Part shown: positions 13,576 through 25,987 of the stretch, in pieces | Position numbering within the stretch: position 1 is the stretch's first letter | How the letters are laid out: each line of letters opens with the position of its first letter | Assembly: GCF_023055435.1 (NCBI RefSeq) | Contig: NW_025963791.1 | Span: 7,564,001-7,628,000, forward strand | Direction: 5' to 3' | Length of the DNA stretch: 64,000 nt | Source of the DNA: Haliotis rufescens | Lineage: Eukaryota | Made by a program: the position numbers and the translations under genes | Notes under the pieces: generated by a model | What the model was told of the DNA's origin: nothing | Database searches by the model: none | What the model saw: the letters and a program-made list of their open reading frames with translations, nothing else

Positions 13576-13893
13576 AACATGTGATACGATATTGTTTCTA
13601 CCATCGAGACCTCAGTGTACAGTATCGGACCCACATACTGGCATCCTCCAAGAATCAACACTGAAACATGTGATACGATATTGTTTCTACCATCGAGACC
13701 TCAGTGTACAGTATCGGACCCACATACTGGCATCCTCCAAGAATCAACACTGAAACATGTGATACGATATTGTTTCTACCATCGAGACCTCAGTGTACAG
13801 TATCGGACCCACATACTGGCATCCTCCAAGAATCAACACTGAAACATGTGATACGATATTGTTTCTACCATCGAGACCTCAGTGTACAGTATC
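13521..13893 (+). repeat. 89-bp tandem repeat (4 full units plus a partial) spanning the FLCN stop codon
   Basis: Units at 13521, 13610, 13699, 13788 and a partial at 13877, identical by eye. Each contains codons [17 protein letters not shown] and the stop. Confidence 0.95.
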
Positions 13894-15664
13894 AGATCAA
13901 CAGAAAGGTTCAACACTGTAATCGAAACAGCGTCACGAGTGAAGGCTTTTACCACTAGGCTACCCGACCACCCCGGAATAATACTTGACACCACAAGAAA
14001 AACCAAAGTCACTCACTCATTCAACCCAAGGTCATCACTGAAACTGAGGATGCAAAATATGTTCCACCCTATTGAGTTGAAGGCTTAGGTCATGACAGGC
14101 CTCGTTGTATGTTATAATTCCTATAGTATCATCTCCCAAATCACAGCTAAGTCAATGTCCATCCAAGTCAAGCTTGCATAATACAGGACAATCAAACTAG
14201 AATTTGTTTTACCATTGCATTTAACCTGATGTACAGATCTGTAACATATTGTTTCACTGCGTAGTCAATGTTATTACTGGATTGACAGTCTAATGTTAAA
14301 CATTGTCCCATCTCAGTCACCTCAATCAGCGGGGGGAAAGGGGGACACAGGGGGCCTAGTTGTCTGAGGTGCCACAAATCCCTGTGCAGAGTTGTGTCCC
14401 TTAGGCTTGACAGAAACCTATGATCATGGGGTTGAATCCTGGATTCACCCTGATTATGTTTCAAGGTTTGTCAGCACCATACCAGTGCTTATGGGCTTCA
14501 CAAGAAGAGAAAAGGATATCCAGTTTTGTACCCACCTTGCCTTCATTTTGTTTGTTTGAAATCTGTATTTTGAATGTTGTTATTAATGTCTTTCCCATAA
14601 AATGCACCTGTGATTTTGTTAGATATGATGTAAATATTTTTGGCTCTATACAATAATAAAATGTTACGAGTTTTGTTGTAGTTCCTCCTTTGCATAGGCT
14701 GTATGTGTGGTCAGAATGTTGGTACATTGTTTGTTTGTTTGTTTTGTTTGTTGTTTACGCTGCACACAGCAATATTCCAGCTACCGGTATATGATGGTGG
14801 TCTGTAAATAATCGAGTCTTGACTAGACGATCCAGTGATTGACATCATGAGCATCTATCAACTGGGATCGATGACATGCATCAACCAAGTCAGTGAACCT
14901 GATGGTATGCAGAATAATAATTGTTGCAGGTTGATGGAATATTGTTGACCTTGGGCAGTCTATAGTTCTAATTACAGAAACTTGTATTGCTGGCACAGTG
15001 TCTCATCTGTGTTCCCTGTGCAGTAGGAGGTTGTTCCCCACTGTGTTGTATCATGTGCCATTGAAACGTATCAGACTGCTAAACTTATCCGTTACATAGT
15101 ATCAAACACATAGTTTGATGCAAGTTGACTGAATATGAACCCATTATTTACAGCGAGAAGTGATGGTGTTCTCAATACACCAGCAACATGTTCCCCACAA
15201 TCATTAGTAGAAATTCTATTTTACAAATTTATATTTCCAGGAGGCGACTTGATGGTAGGGACACTGTTGATACTACGTGTTTACACAATCACATCATGCA
15301 CTGATCATATTCTATCTTTAATAAGTACTTATGTAACTTGGGGTGTTTCCTGTCATTAAGGGGCATTGGGGAGCTTAATGGGTAAAGCGTTCTCTCTTCC
15401 CATGTATAGGTACACTCTATGAAAGTCCACCTTTGGTGTCCCTGCCTCGATAGTGGAAGGATACTTCTAAAAGCACCATTTAAATCACTAATGAATGGAA
15501 GGTGAACCATTGTCAATTTGTTCAAATTAATGGAACACATGTCCAATACATGTTGACAGATCTCTTGTAACTAGTGAAAACCAACCATTGTTAACAAATA
15601 ACGAAGACGTGGATATTGAACTGAAACAATTGTTATTACCACCATTAAAAAGGACTGAATTACA

Positions 15665-18600
15665 TTAACATTTGTTTCTTCTGAACAGTTTTGTAAAACG
15701 ACCAAAGAAAGATTTTGACTTTTGTACATTTTGTTTCTGATTACAAGTTTCTATTAAATTAGTTGTGCTTGATGACATATGTTTCTTTGATGACAGACTA
15801 CTTTGAGAGAGTTCATGATGTCTACTTTGAGAGAGTTCATGATGTCTTGTTGACCCTTTGTCTTGTTCACGAGGCATGTCATTCTTTGATTGAACAATGT
15901 GGTCAAAACACGTGGTCTGTGTAGCCCCTGACCTCTGGACAAGCCCTACACCCTCTCCCTCTCCTGAATGTACACGCAGTCTTTCAACTCTCAACATGTC
16001 CACCTCCTTCACCAAGCGATCCACCTGCTCCCTGAGGGAGACTTTCTCCCCCGAGAGTTGTCTGGCTTGTCTCTGAAGATGTTGGTTCTTCAGTTTCAGA
16101 CATTGGGAACGGAGTCGAGCATCTCGTAGGTCAGCCCGGAGAATGTCCACATCAACCAGGACAGCCGTCAGCTGCACGTGAAGGTCGAGCTCTTTGCCAA
16201 GTTGTTTGTCCTTTTTACTACAGTCCCATTGGAATGGTGGCTCGGGACGAATAGGTCTTGGTTTTATTGTGACGTGTTTGGGAACCAAATTGTGGAACTC
16301 TGAAAACGCAATAATCGAATTTAGTACATAATCAATCAATCCAATTAACCGGGGGTTACAACAAGCACATTTGGAAATAGGGTCCTTTTGGATCAATCCC
16401 TTGAAATAGGTCAAATTACAAGTTTCTAGTATGCAGTCACAGGTAATACCACAAGGATCTAAACAATGTATTTGTAACGTTCTGCGCCCACTTCGGCCAG
16501 GTTCAATGTCTGCGCTCGGATTTTTATTTATTTTGTTTTTTACTCTTTGTCCCATTTCCAAACTTGGCCTTTCCCTTGTATTCAGATTACTGCCCATGGT
16601 CTGCTCTTTCCGCAGATACCATACTGTTAGCGGTTTTTGATATTGGTCTTGGGGTAAAAAGGCCTACTGATCACTGAAAATCACCGAATATTTTGATTTT
16701 TGCACACCTTCTAATGGCTATAAAGTCATTATGTTGGTGATTATTCATTTATTTTACTGATACTGTCGAATCCACATTTCCAAGAGCTTTCAATATATCT
16801 TAAACAGATTGTAAGTTTTCCAAAAAGGGTAACATGACTAGCCCCTAAGCATTATGGTCGGAAACGTTTGGACCCGGCGTGGACATGCAGATGATATACA
16901 TCTACCGTATAAAATGAAGAGAATGGTAGACATAAAGTGGTTTATTCGGAAAACGTTTTCAACTGTAAGAATTAAAGTTGGAGAGTCGAATGCTGTTATG
17001 ATATATAACGGCACATACCTGACGGTTCTGTACGTGAAAAACACTCCGCCACCTCGGAATCAAACCCCTCACACCCGGACACGGTCAGATGCCTGGCGAC
17101 TGGTTTTGGTTTTATTGTGACGTATTTGGGAACCGAATCATGAAACTCTGAAATAGCAATAACCGGATTAAGTATAGAATCAGTCCAACTGGCAAGACTA
17201 AATCAAATATCACATATGGGTGAAAATCTCAACACCGTAACAATTTCCCACTTGACCTGTACATCAGTAGTTTGTTTGCAGAAATGTATTTTAAAATATT
17301 TGATTTCCTTTTCAAGACTATTCACAAGTAGATTACCTTTCTTCAAATGTAAAATGCTAAAAAAATGTACTTTCAAGTTAATATTTCTTTGTTTATAAGC
17401 AAATATTTTCTGGATTTACTAAAAACATGGCTGTCCCTCAGCTGGACCAGAATAAAAAATAATACCTAATCTATATCTTAATATTCTAAAAATGTAACAA
17501 ATTTTGTTTTTCACACTCTCAAATGACCATTAATTACATGTATCCTATCATTATTATCTAAAACCTAATTGAAAAAAAAATAAATAAGAAAAAAAAGATG
17601 TCCCTCAAAAGGCACTCAACTCCGTTACAACGTACCAATACTAAAAAAATAACTGTGCTATGGGAGATAACTCTCATACGCTTCCTCTTTTGGCAACATG
17701 TGTATGAAGTTCATCTGCTGGTGATAGATAGATGCCACATTTATGTACAATGTTCAAGCCAATGACATCAAGATATGTCTGTTAAGTACAGTATGTTTTC
17801 TGAGCCTCAACTCTGTTACACTGTCTATAGATCTATATCTCATTCTAATTTCCTTCACTTTTCCAAGAGAAATTTGTTAGCAAGACCATGTTAGCAGTGA
17901 GTATTTTAATTTCCATAAAAAGCAAAGCATGCTGGGATATGAGCCATTTATAGTAAGGTTTCTCAACTCCGTTACACTCAACTCTGTAATGCTGTACAGC
18001 GTAACGGAGAGGAAAAATTTGTGCATCTGCACAATTTCGATAGTTATTGTCAGTACATAGCTTTGTTCTTCACGAATATTTTATTTTATTTTAACCCTAT
18101 ACCTGACAAATAATTTTCCCAGTCTGGAGTAAGAACTTTTTTTTTAAATAGTCACTCAGACTGCTCTGATGTTTTGGATGAACAAGATGTTAGGACCTGT
18201 GCAAAATGTGGATTTGATTCTATTGATAGCGCTCTTTCCGACAGTGGACTAATTATTGAAGACAGAACTGTTGTCTTTTACATTGATGGGAGTGCCTGGC
18301 TATTGTGTTTTGGCTGCAGAAAGCAATTTCATTATGCATGTATAAACAACATATTTTCTGACAGTGTTGATGATATGATTGATCTGAAATTTGATCTTGA
18401 AGTTTTATAATATATTATAGTGATCTAAAATGGCATTTTAAGCAACTTTGTGCTTATTTATTTCAACGTCTATACAAAGGGTTGAACATTAGTAATTTAG
18501 TAGACCCACTTTTGTATGCCATTACTGCAGTAACTGGCTCATAAACCATGAGTACCAAAGTCATGACAAGTAACACAACACAGTGCATATATTTTCACAT

Positions 18601-19459
18601 TTCATCTCAAAAGGGATGAAAAGGTTGTTATTTTATGCTAGAGAGCAATAACAAAATATATGAGTTACAACTCCGTTACAACAAACTCAACTCTGTTACG
18701 TCAGGATTTTTTTAATAGATGACTTCTTTTGACAACTGACGAAAAACTTTGTTGTTTTTATGAGTTTTAACTTAAGATTAGGACTAATGATAATATATGT
18801 TGTGACAAAAGATGAAAAATACTATATTTTGGATACCGTCTTTCATGTAAATGACTTTGTTGTCTAGGCAAACTTTTGAAATATGGAGCGAGCACTTACA
18901 AATGTCCAATCATACATTTTATTTAGCCAGTTTGCATTTGTTTAACACTGAATTGTATTCACACTTAATGTTAATTGCTGAATACGATTTTATATTTCAA
19001 AGCAACCTAGCGCTATTAAAATTACTTTCCATTTTGTGATCCGTAACGGAGTTGAATGTCCTAGCAGATTAGGCTAATTCATTAATTATTTTCTAATTAA
19101 TTAAACACATCACTGCACTGCATTGAAATAGAAAGTACTTCTCAAGTATCATATTCTCTAATATCAAGAGAAAAATTATATTAGGGACACTTTTATTTTT
19201 GCAAGTTGATATCAGAAAATTTGTCGGTTTTGAGATTTTTACCCATATACATCTATGGCATAAAATTAAGGAAGTGGTGCAAATGAAGTGGTTGATTCTG
19301 AAACCCTTTTCAATTTAGAGAATTGAAGTTGTAGAGTTGAACTCTGTTTTTACATATAAATGCATACACACCTGTCGGTTCTGTACGTGAAAAACACTCC
19401 GCCACCTCGGAATCAAAGCCCTCACACTCGGACACGGTCAGACGTCTGGTGACTGGCAT
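15665..19459 (-). CDS. Orphan repeat/coiled-coil protein, copy 1. Exons 19459-19372, 17147-17019, 16299-15665 (283 aa)
   Basis: ATG CCA GTC start, GT-AG introns that are both phase 1, open frame; in-frame 24-bp duplication (RHHELSQS twice). Confidence 0.78.
17218..19244. mobile_element. Non-autonomous TIR DNA transposon, Sola-like (tentative), in intron 1 of copy 1
   Basis: About 30-bp imperfect TIRs GGGTGAAAATCTCAACACCG / CGGTTTTGAGATTTTTACCC; TSD ATAT (or TA); absent from units 2-4 (empty site CACATATACATC); internal CAACTCCGTTACA repeats. Confidence 0.85.
18174..18410 (+). pseudogene. PHD-finger-like fragment carried by the transposon
   Basis: CAKC...WLLCFGCRKQFHYAC fits the C-x2-C...W-x2-C-x2-C-x4-H-x2-C pattern; the last Cys pair is missing. 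Confidence 0.45.
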
Positions 19460-20849
19460 AATGCTTCGATAATCTCGATAAATGAAGAGAGTACTGCAGT
19501 GCTGCTGTAGCTAGCTGAGACAATGTCAGACAATGGCGTGACATCACAATATCGCCTAATGACGTCATAGTGACGTCTAGTCGGTAGATGTCGCTGTCCG
19601 TTCGGCGAAAATACCTTCGGAAGAAATCGGCATATTTCGTCTTGAGTGTGTTCCGATTGGTACACAGCCGAAACATACTATGATCATGAGATGCGCCTTG
19701 TTCTTTGGTATTATTTCATGGGCTTATATCAAATGATTATGAACAATATCAATCCAAAAACTGTAAAAGGAATTGGCGATATTTTCATGTGTTTTTTCAA
19801 ATGTATTTCTTTTCTGAAAGAGATTTTTTTTTTATTGTGATCTATCAGTGGCATTTCACAATTGTATTTATATCTGTAAACATGTGCTTGCGCAGGAAAG
19901 CAACAGGGAAATAGTTTGGTCAAGGCCAGATGAAAGTGTTGAAAAAACCCATTAAGGGTTGAAAAGTCCCTTCTGTGTTATCGGTAAAATGAGTGATTCA
20001 GTTGGGTTTTAAGGACGCATTTAACATAATTTCGGTTAAATAGCGGCGTGTCAGATGAATTATGTTTTTTTCTTAAACGTTTGTGAGGATGAAAACTCAG
20101 CATCGCTTCAAACTTCTTAGTTCGATACACGTCACTGAGTTACTCAAATATGGAAACTTCTACATCCTTCCGTATCTCTATTTTAGGTCTCAATTTGAAA
20201 ACTGAAAATGACATGGACCAGTTATCCTTTTAAATTTCCCACCCTTTTTCTTGTTATTTTACGCCATGCACTGTTCATGATTATAGCAGATGGACCAGTT
20301 GTCTCGCGCGAGGCAAGACGCTGTGCAGACATGCGTCCTTCTTAGACGTACCATATACAGAATTCTCTGGTCGTCGGTTCTTGATTTGTAAGCACCATAC
20401 AATAGGCTGGAGAATTCTCACTTAGCTTATGATAACATATGAATATGTTCCCGTGTTTGTTCAGGAGAACGCTTGACTTGCCTTTGTGTGTGTTTGTGAC
20501 CGGTGAGGCAGGATATACTCCCCTTTTCGCCAACATCTGGTGTCATCACTATTTATTAGTGATTCAGAAATACATCTTTATAATACATTCGGAATCGTAC
20601 AATGGACGCTGCTTTTAGCAGAACTTTCTTATGATTATGGATAGAGTTTTGTCTATTATTTATGGAAGATATATATATATGTATATATGTTTTGTGTAGC
20701 CATCAATTCAACTAGCACCAAGGCCAGTACTAAGGGTATGCCCCCAGCCGATCACACAGGTCATCAAAGGGTGTTGAATGAATCTAAAATATGTTGTATT
20801 CTTGTCCTGAAAAGATTAGTTTCAATTGAGTAGCCTCGTGGTTAAAGCT

Positions 20850-21102
20850 GTATTTGTTTGTTTGTTTGAGTTGTTGTTTAACGCTGCTCTCAGCAATAAT
20901 CCAGTTATATGACGGCGGTCTGTAAAATATCGAGTCTGGACCAGACAATCCAGTGATTGACATCATGAAGATCGATACACGGAATTGTAATACGATGATA
21001 TGCATCAACCAAGTCAGCGAGCCTGACCACCCGATCCCGTTAGTCGCCTTTTCGGCAAGCATGGGTTGCTGAAGACCTATTTTAACCAGGATCTTCACGG
21101 GT
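20850..21102 (-). mobile_element. SINE family B (also at about 27390, 33910 and at 22830, 29370, 35890, 51515)
   Basis: CCCGTGAAGATCCTGG head and (AAAC)n tail on the minus strand. Confidence 0.85.
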
Positions 21103-21689
21103 GAGTGGTAAAAGCGTTCTTAATGCCATAATAAATGTACAGTTGTAGGTGATTTAAAAAACAGAACAAAGAATATAACAGTATAATAAGACCATCCATT
21201 ACAACACCATGTGTAGCAAAAGTTCAGTATGCAGTTTTCTTCAAACTGAAAGAAAACTGGTCAACTTCACATGTCAATGCTGGAGAGATGTCCTGTTCAA
21301 TTACTACGATTGTGGATGGTGGACATAAGTAGCATAGCTTTTGATGTAACCTGGTGTAGAAAAGAAACGTTACCACCTGAAATTTGGACACGTTGTTTCC
21401 GAACCTTGAGCAGTGTTACATGCAAAATGGATGAGAATCAATCGCCTAAACACAACCAAAATAATCTGCTGAGTGACACAGTACCCAGATCAATGGAAAT
21501 TGAGTCTGAAGTGAAGATGCTGCTACAGGTGCAGCATGGCAACCAACAAACATACGGTTATTAAAGGAACGATGTACTGTTCATGCATACCCTAACCATT
21601 GGACAGTGACAAATAGCATGCCAAGATTAACGCTGCACCTGAGAGAACAAGGCGGAGATATGATACATCAAGGAGCAATACATGACCAG

Positions 21690-21777
21690 GGCCCACTTGC
21701 AGAAAGCGATCTTAGCTCTACGACTATTGTAAGCCTATGTTAAAGAATAAGATTAGATCGCTTTGTGTAAGTGGGCC
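21690..21777. mobile_element. 88-bp PIF/Harbinger-type MITE, present in every unit; it is the Polinton target in unit 4
   Basis: TIRs GGCCCACTTGCAGAAAGCGATCT / AGATCGCTTTGTGTAAGTGGGCC; 3-bp TSD CAG. Confidence 0.8.
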
Positions 21778-22095
21778 CAGGTCGCAAGGAGCTTTGCTGT
21801 AGCCGAATAACAGTCACCAGGCTCATGGCCCGTTTGGCCATCAATATTTTGTTATGTGTTTCTAATCTCCAACCTTAACCAACAAGAGAGCGGGCGGACC
21901 AACTTTGTAAAAAAGTAAACAATTTAAAAAGTGTTTTCAAATAATTGCGTAACATATTTTATGAAATTTTAAAGTTTAGAACACTTGGTAACAGCTCTTA
22001 CTTTAATTTACTTCGAACCGTTAAATGTAGCGGCGTAATGGTTTGGGCCAAGTTAAGACAGACCTTGTGATTTATGAAGGCAAATATATACTTCT

Positions 22096-22330
22096 GGACA
22101 GCGTTACATTGACCAAGTTCTCCGCCCTGTTGTACTACCGTTCTCATAAGAAAAATCCGGATCCTGTTTCAGCACGATAACACAAGGCCACATACAACGT
22201 CTCGCCTTCATCAGATAAGACTTATCACCCATAGAACACTCGTGGACCTCCTTGACCGTCAAATTAGAGCACGGCCAGTTAGCCCTAAAACAGGGATCAC
22301 AGAGCCCCGAGAAGACTGGCGTCGAATCCG
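22096..22330 (+). pseudogene. Tc1/mariner transposase relic (also near 28635, 35155 and 50365-50660)
   Basis: Fragments YIDQVLRPVVLPF, FQHDNTRPHT and DLSPIEH; the unit 4 copy also has the Tc1-type C-terminus AVCIDARCGHTRY. Confidence 0.8.
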
Positions 22331-24247
22331 TTAAAAACATGACTTTGCACACGAAATATTCGTTAATTATACGACAAAACAGGACTTTCTCGCGAATCCA
22401 AATTTGAATGTTGGTGCTGAAAAAGAAGAACAGTGTGTGTATCTTCTTCCGACATCAGGGGGAAGTCTCTTAGGGTGTCCTTACTTATGTTTGTGTTTCT
22501 CATCTACAAGATTTTCCAAGAGGGGGCCGGCGAGTGGGAAAAGAGAAAATAAGGAGAAAATAAATGTTTATCTGCGACGTTACGAAGATTTAGTCATGGT
22601 CAAAGGGAGACAATTCAATCTATTTTTAATTCCATTGGGTAACGCTGTGGTCATTGTGGCACAATGAATATCATAGTTACTGCAGTGCCGATTTACCCAA
22701 ATGCATTTTGGCATAAACCCATATCCCATTAGATCAAAACTTTGACGACGGTACAATATATTTTTTTAGAATGGCAAGTGCAGACGACATGACGTATGCT
22801 TTAGGATTTAACGATCTAAAGCCTGGCATTGTTTGTTTGTTTAACGCCGCACTCAGTAATATTCCAGCTATATATCGGCCGTCTGTAAATAATCGAGTTT
22901 GGACCAGACAATCGAGTATTTGACATGAGCATCGATTCAATTCAACTGGGATACGATGACATGCATCAACCAAGTCAGCGAGCCTGACACCCGATCCCAT
23001 GAGGCGCCTCTTAGGACAAACATAGTTCCCTTTTAGCGCAAGCATGGCTTGCTGAAGACCTATTCTACCCAGGATCTTCACCGGTATGTATCTATATTAT
23101 GAAATTGCTCAGTGGATGACCTTAGAAAATATGAGTATTGGTAAGTCCAGTCAGAGTTGATCTGTCATATATACTACTCATCATTTGCTAAGGACCACCC
23201 TTTGCCTAAAGATGACTTGTTTGGTTCTTAGCAAATGTTGAGTAGCATATATACACCAGGGAAAAGTCCAAGTCTTATCTTGCAGCTGTGTAAGTTTGCT
23301 ATTATTTACCAACCGGAAGTCATGATTGGTTGGTTTATTGTTTAACGCTGCACTCAGCAATATTCCAGCTATATGACGGCGTTCTGTAAATAATCGAGTC
23401 TGGACCAGACGATCCAGTGATTGAAATCATGAGCATCGATCAATTGGGATCGATGACATACATCAACCAAGTCAGTGAACCTGATGGTATGCAGAATAAT
23501 ATATGTTGCAGGTTGATGGAATATTGTTGACCTTGGGCAGTCTATAGTTCTAATTACAGAAACTTGTATTGCTGGCACAGTGTCTCATCTGTGTTCCCTG
23601 TGCAGAAGGAGGTTGTTCCCCACTGAGTTGTATCATGTGCCATTGAAACGTATCAGACTGCTGAAATTATCCGTTACATAGTATCAAACACATAGGTTGA
23701 TGCAAGTTGACTGAATATGAACCCATTATCTTCATCGGCAAGTGATGGTGTTCTCAATACACCAGCTACATGTTCCCCACCATAGTTAGTAGAACGTCTA
23801 TTTTACAAATTTATTTTTCCAGGAGACGACTTGATGGTAGAGACACTGTTGATACTACGTGTTTCCACGAATCACATCATGCACTGATCATATTCTATCT
23901 TTAATAAGTACTTATGTAACTTGGGGTGTTTCCTGTCATTAAGGGGCATTGGGGAGCTTAGTGGGTAAAGCGTTCTCTCTTCCCATGTATAGGTACACTC
24001 TATGAAAGTCCACCTTCGGTGTCCCTGCCTCGATAGTGGAAGGATACTTCTAAAAGCACCATTTAAATCACTAATGAATGGAAGGTGAACCATTGTCAAT
24101 TTGTTCAAATTAATGGAACACATGTCCAATACATGTTGACAGATCTCTTGTAACTAGTGAAAACCAACCATTGTTAACAAATAACGAAGACGTGGATATT
24201 AAACTGAAACAATTGTTATTACCACCATTAAAAAGGACTGAATTACA

Positions 24248-25987
24248 TTAACATTTGTTTCTTCTGAACAGTTTTGTAAAACGACCAAAGAAAGATTTTG
24301 ACTTTTGTACATTTTGTTTCTGATTACAAGTTTCTATTAAATTAGTTGTGCTTGATGACATATGTTTCTTTGATGACAGACTACTTTGAGAGAGTTCATG
24401 ATGTCTTGTTGACCTATTGCCTTGTTCACGAGGCATGTCATTCTTTGATTGAACAATGTGGTCAAAACACGTGGTCTGTGTAGCCCCTGACCTCTGGACA
24501 AGCCCAACACCCTCTCCCTCTCCTGAATGTACACGCAGTCTTTCAACTCTCAACATGTCCCTCTCCTTCACCAAGCGATCCACCTGCTCCCCAAGGGAGA
24601 CTTTCTCCCCCGAGAGTTGTCTGACTTGTCTCTGAAGATGTTGGTTCTTCAGTTTCAGACATTGGGAACGGAGTCGAGCATCTCGTAGGTCAGCCCGGAG
24701 AATGTCCACATCAACCAGGACAGCCGTCAGCTGCACGTGAAGGTCGAGCTCTTTGCCAAGTTGTTTGTCCTTTTTACTACAGTCCCATTGGAATGGTGGC
24801 TCGGGACGAATAGGTCTTGGTTTTATTGTGACGTGTTTGGGAACCAAATTGTGGAACTCTGAAAACGCAATAATCGAATTTAGTATATAATCAATCAATC
24901 CAATTAACCGGGGGTTACAACAAGCACATTTGGAAATAGGGTCCTTTTGGATCAATCCCTTGAAATAGGTCAAATTACAAGTTTCTAGTATGCAGTCACA
25001 GGTAATACCACAAGGATCTAAACAATGTATTTGGAACGTTCTGCGCCCACTTCGGCCAGGTTCAATGTCTGCGCTCGGATTTTTATTTATTTTGTTTTTT
25101 ACTCTTTGTCCCATTTCCAAACTTGGCCTTTCCCTTGTATTCAGATTACTGCCCATGGTCTGCTCTTTCCGCAGATACCATACTGTTAGCGGTTTTGTAT
25201 ATTGGTCTAGGGGTATAAAGGCCTACTGATCACTAAAAATCACCGAATATTTAGATTTTTCCAAGCCTTCTAATGGCTATAAAGTCATTATTTTGGTGGT
25301 TGTTTATTTATTTCACTGATACTGTCGAATCCACATTTCCAAGAGCTTTCAATATATCTTTAACAGATTGTATGGTTGCCAAAAAGGGTAACATGAGCAG
25401 CCCCTAAGCATTATGGTCGGAAACGTTTGGACCCGGCTTGGACATGCAGATGATATATATCTACCGTATAAAATGAAGGAAATGGTAGACATAAAGTGGT
25501 TTATTCGGAAAACTTTTTCAATTGAAAAAATTGAAGTTGGAGAGTCGAATGCTGTTATGATATATAACGGCACATACCTGACGGTTCTGTACGTGAAAAA
25601 CACTCCGCCACCTCGGAATCAAACCCCTCACACCCGGACACGGTCAGATGCCTGGCGACTGGTTTTGGTTTTATTGTGACGTATTTGGGAACCGAATCAT
25701 GAAACTCTGAAATAGCAATAACCGGATTAAGTATAGAATCAGTCCAACTGGCAAGACTAAATCAAATATCACATATACATCTATGGCATAAAATTAAGGA
25801 AGTGGTGCAAATGAAGTGGTTGATTCTGAAACCCTTTTCAATTTAGAGAATTGAAGTTGTAGAGTTGAACTCTGTTTTTACATATAAATGCATACACACC
25901 TGTCGGTTCTGTACGTGAAAAACACTCCGCCACCTCGGAATCAAAGCCCTCACACTCGGACACGGTCAGACGTCTGGTGACTGGCAT
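24248..25987 (-). CDS. Orphan repeat/coiled-coil protein, copy 2. Exons 25987-25900, 25706-25578, 24858-24248 (275 aa)
   Basis: Same splice sites and phases as copy 1; open frame. Confidence 0.78.

Noticed and set aside
13521-13893. CRISPR-like array (also the 40-bp repeat at 1721 and the 41-bp TIR repeats)
   Set aside because: Units are head-to-tail with no unique spacers, there are no cas genes, and the context is eukaryotic.
15665-16597. Single-exon 302-310 aa ORFs as the gene model
   Set aside because: Similarity to copy 5 starts exactly at the TTTCAG acceptor, and two conserved upstream exons exist. Kept only as a possible alternative isoform.
19422-19676. 75-84 aa ORFs overlapping exon 1 of the orphan gene
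   Set aside because: They are in different frames from the spliced product, and their 5' parts are altered by indels in copies 4 and 5.
20784-23578. Recurrent 70-115 aa ORFs (MKILVKIG..., MKILGRIG..., MSMLERCP...)
   Set aside because: They are SINE translations or lack recognisable motifs. They recur only because the DNA is duplicated, and the 21271 ORF region is deleted in unit 4.
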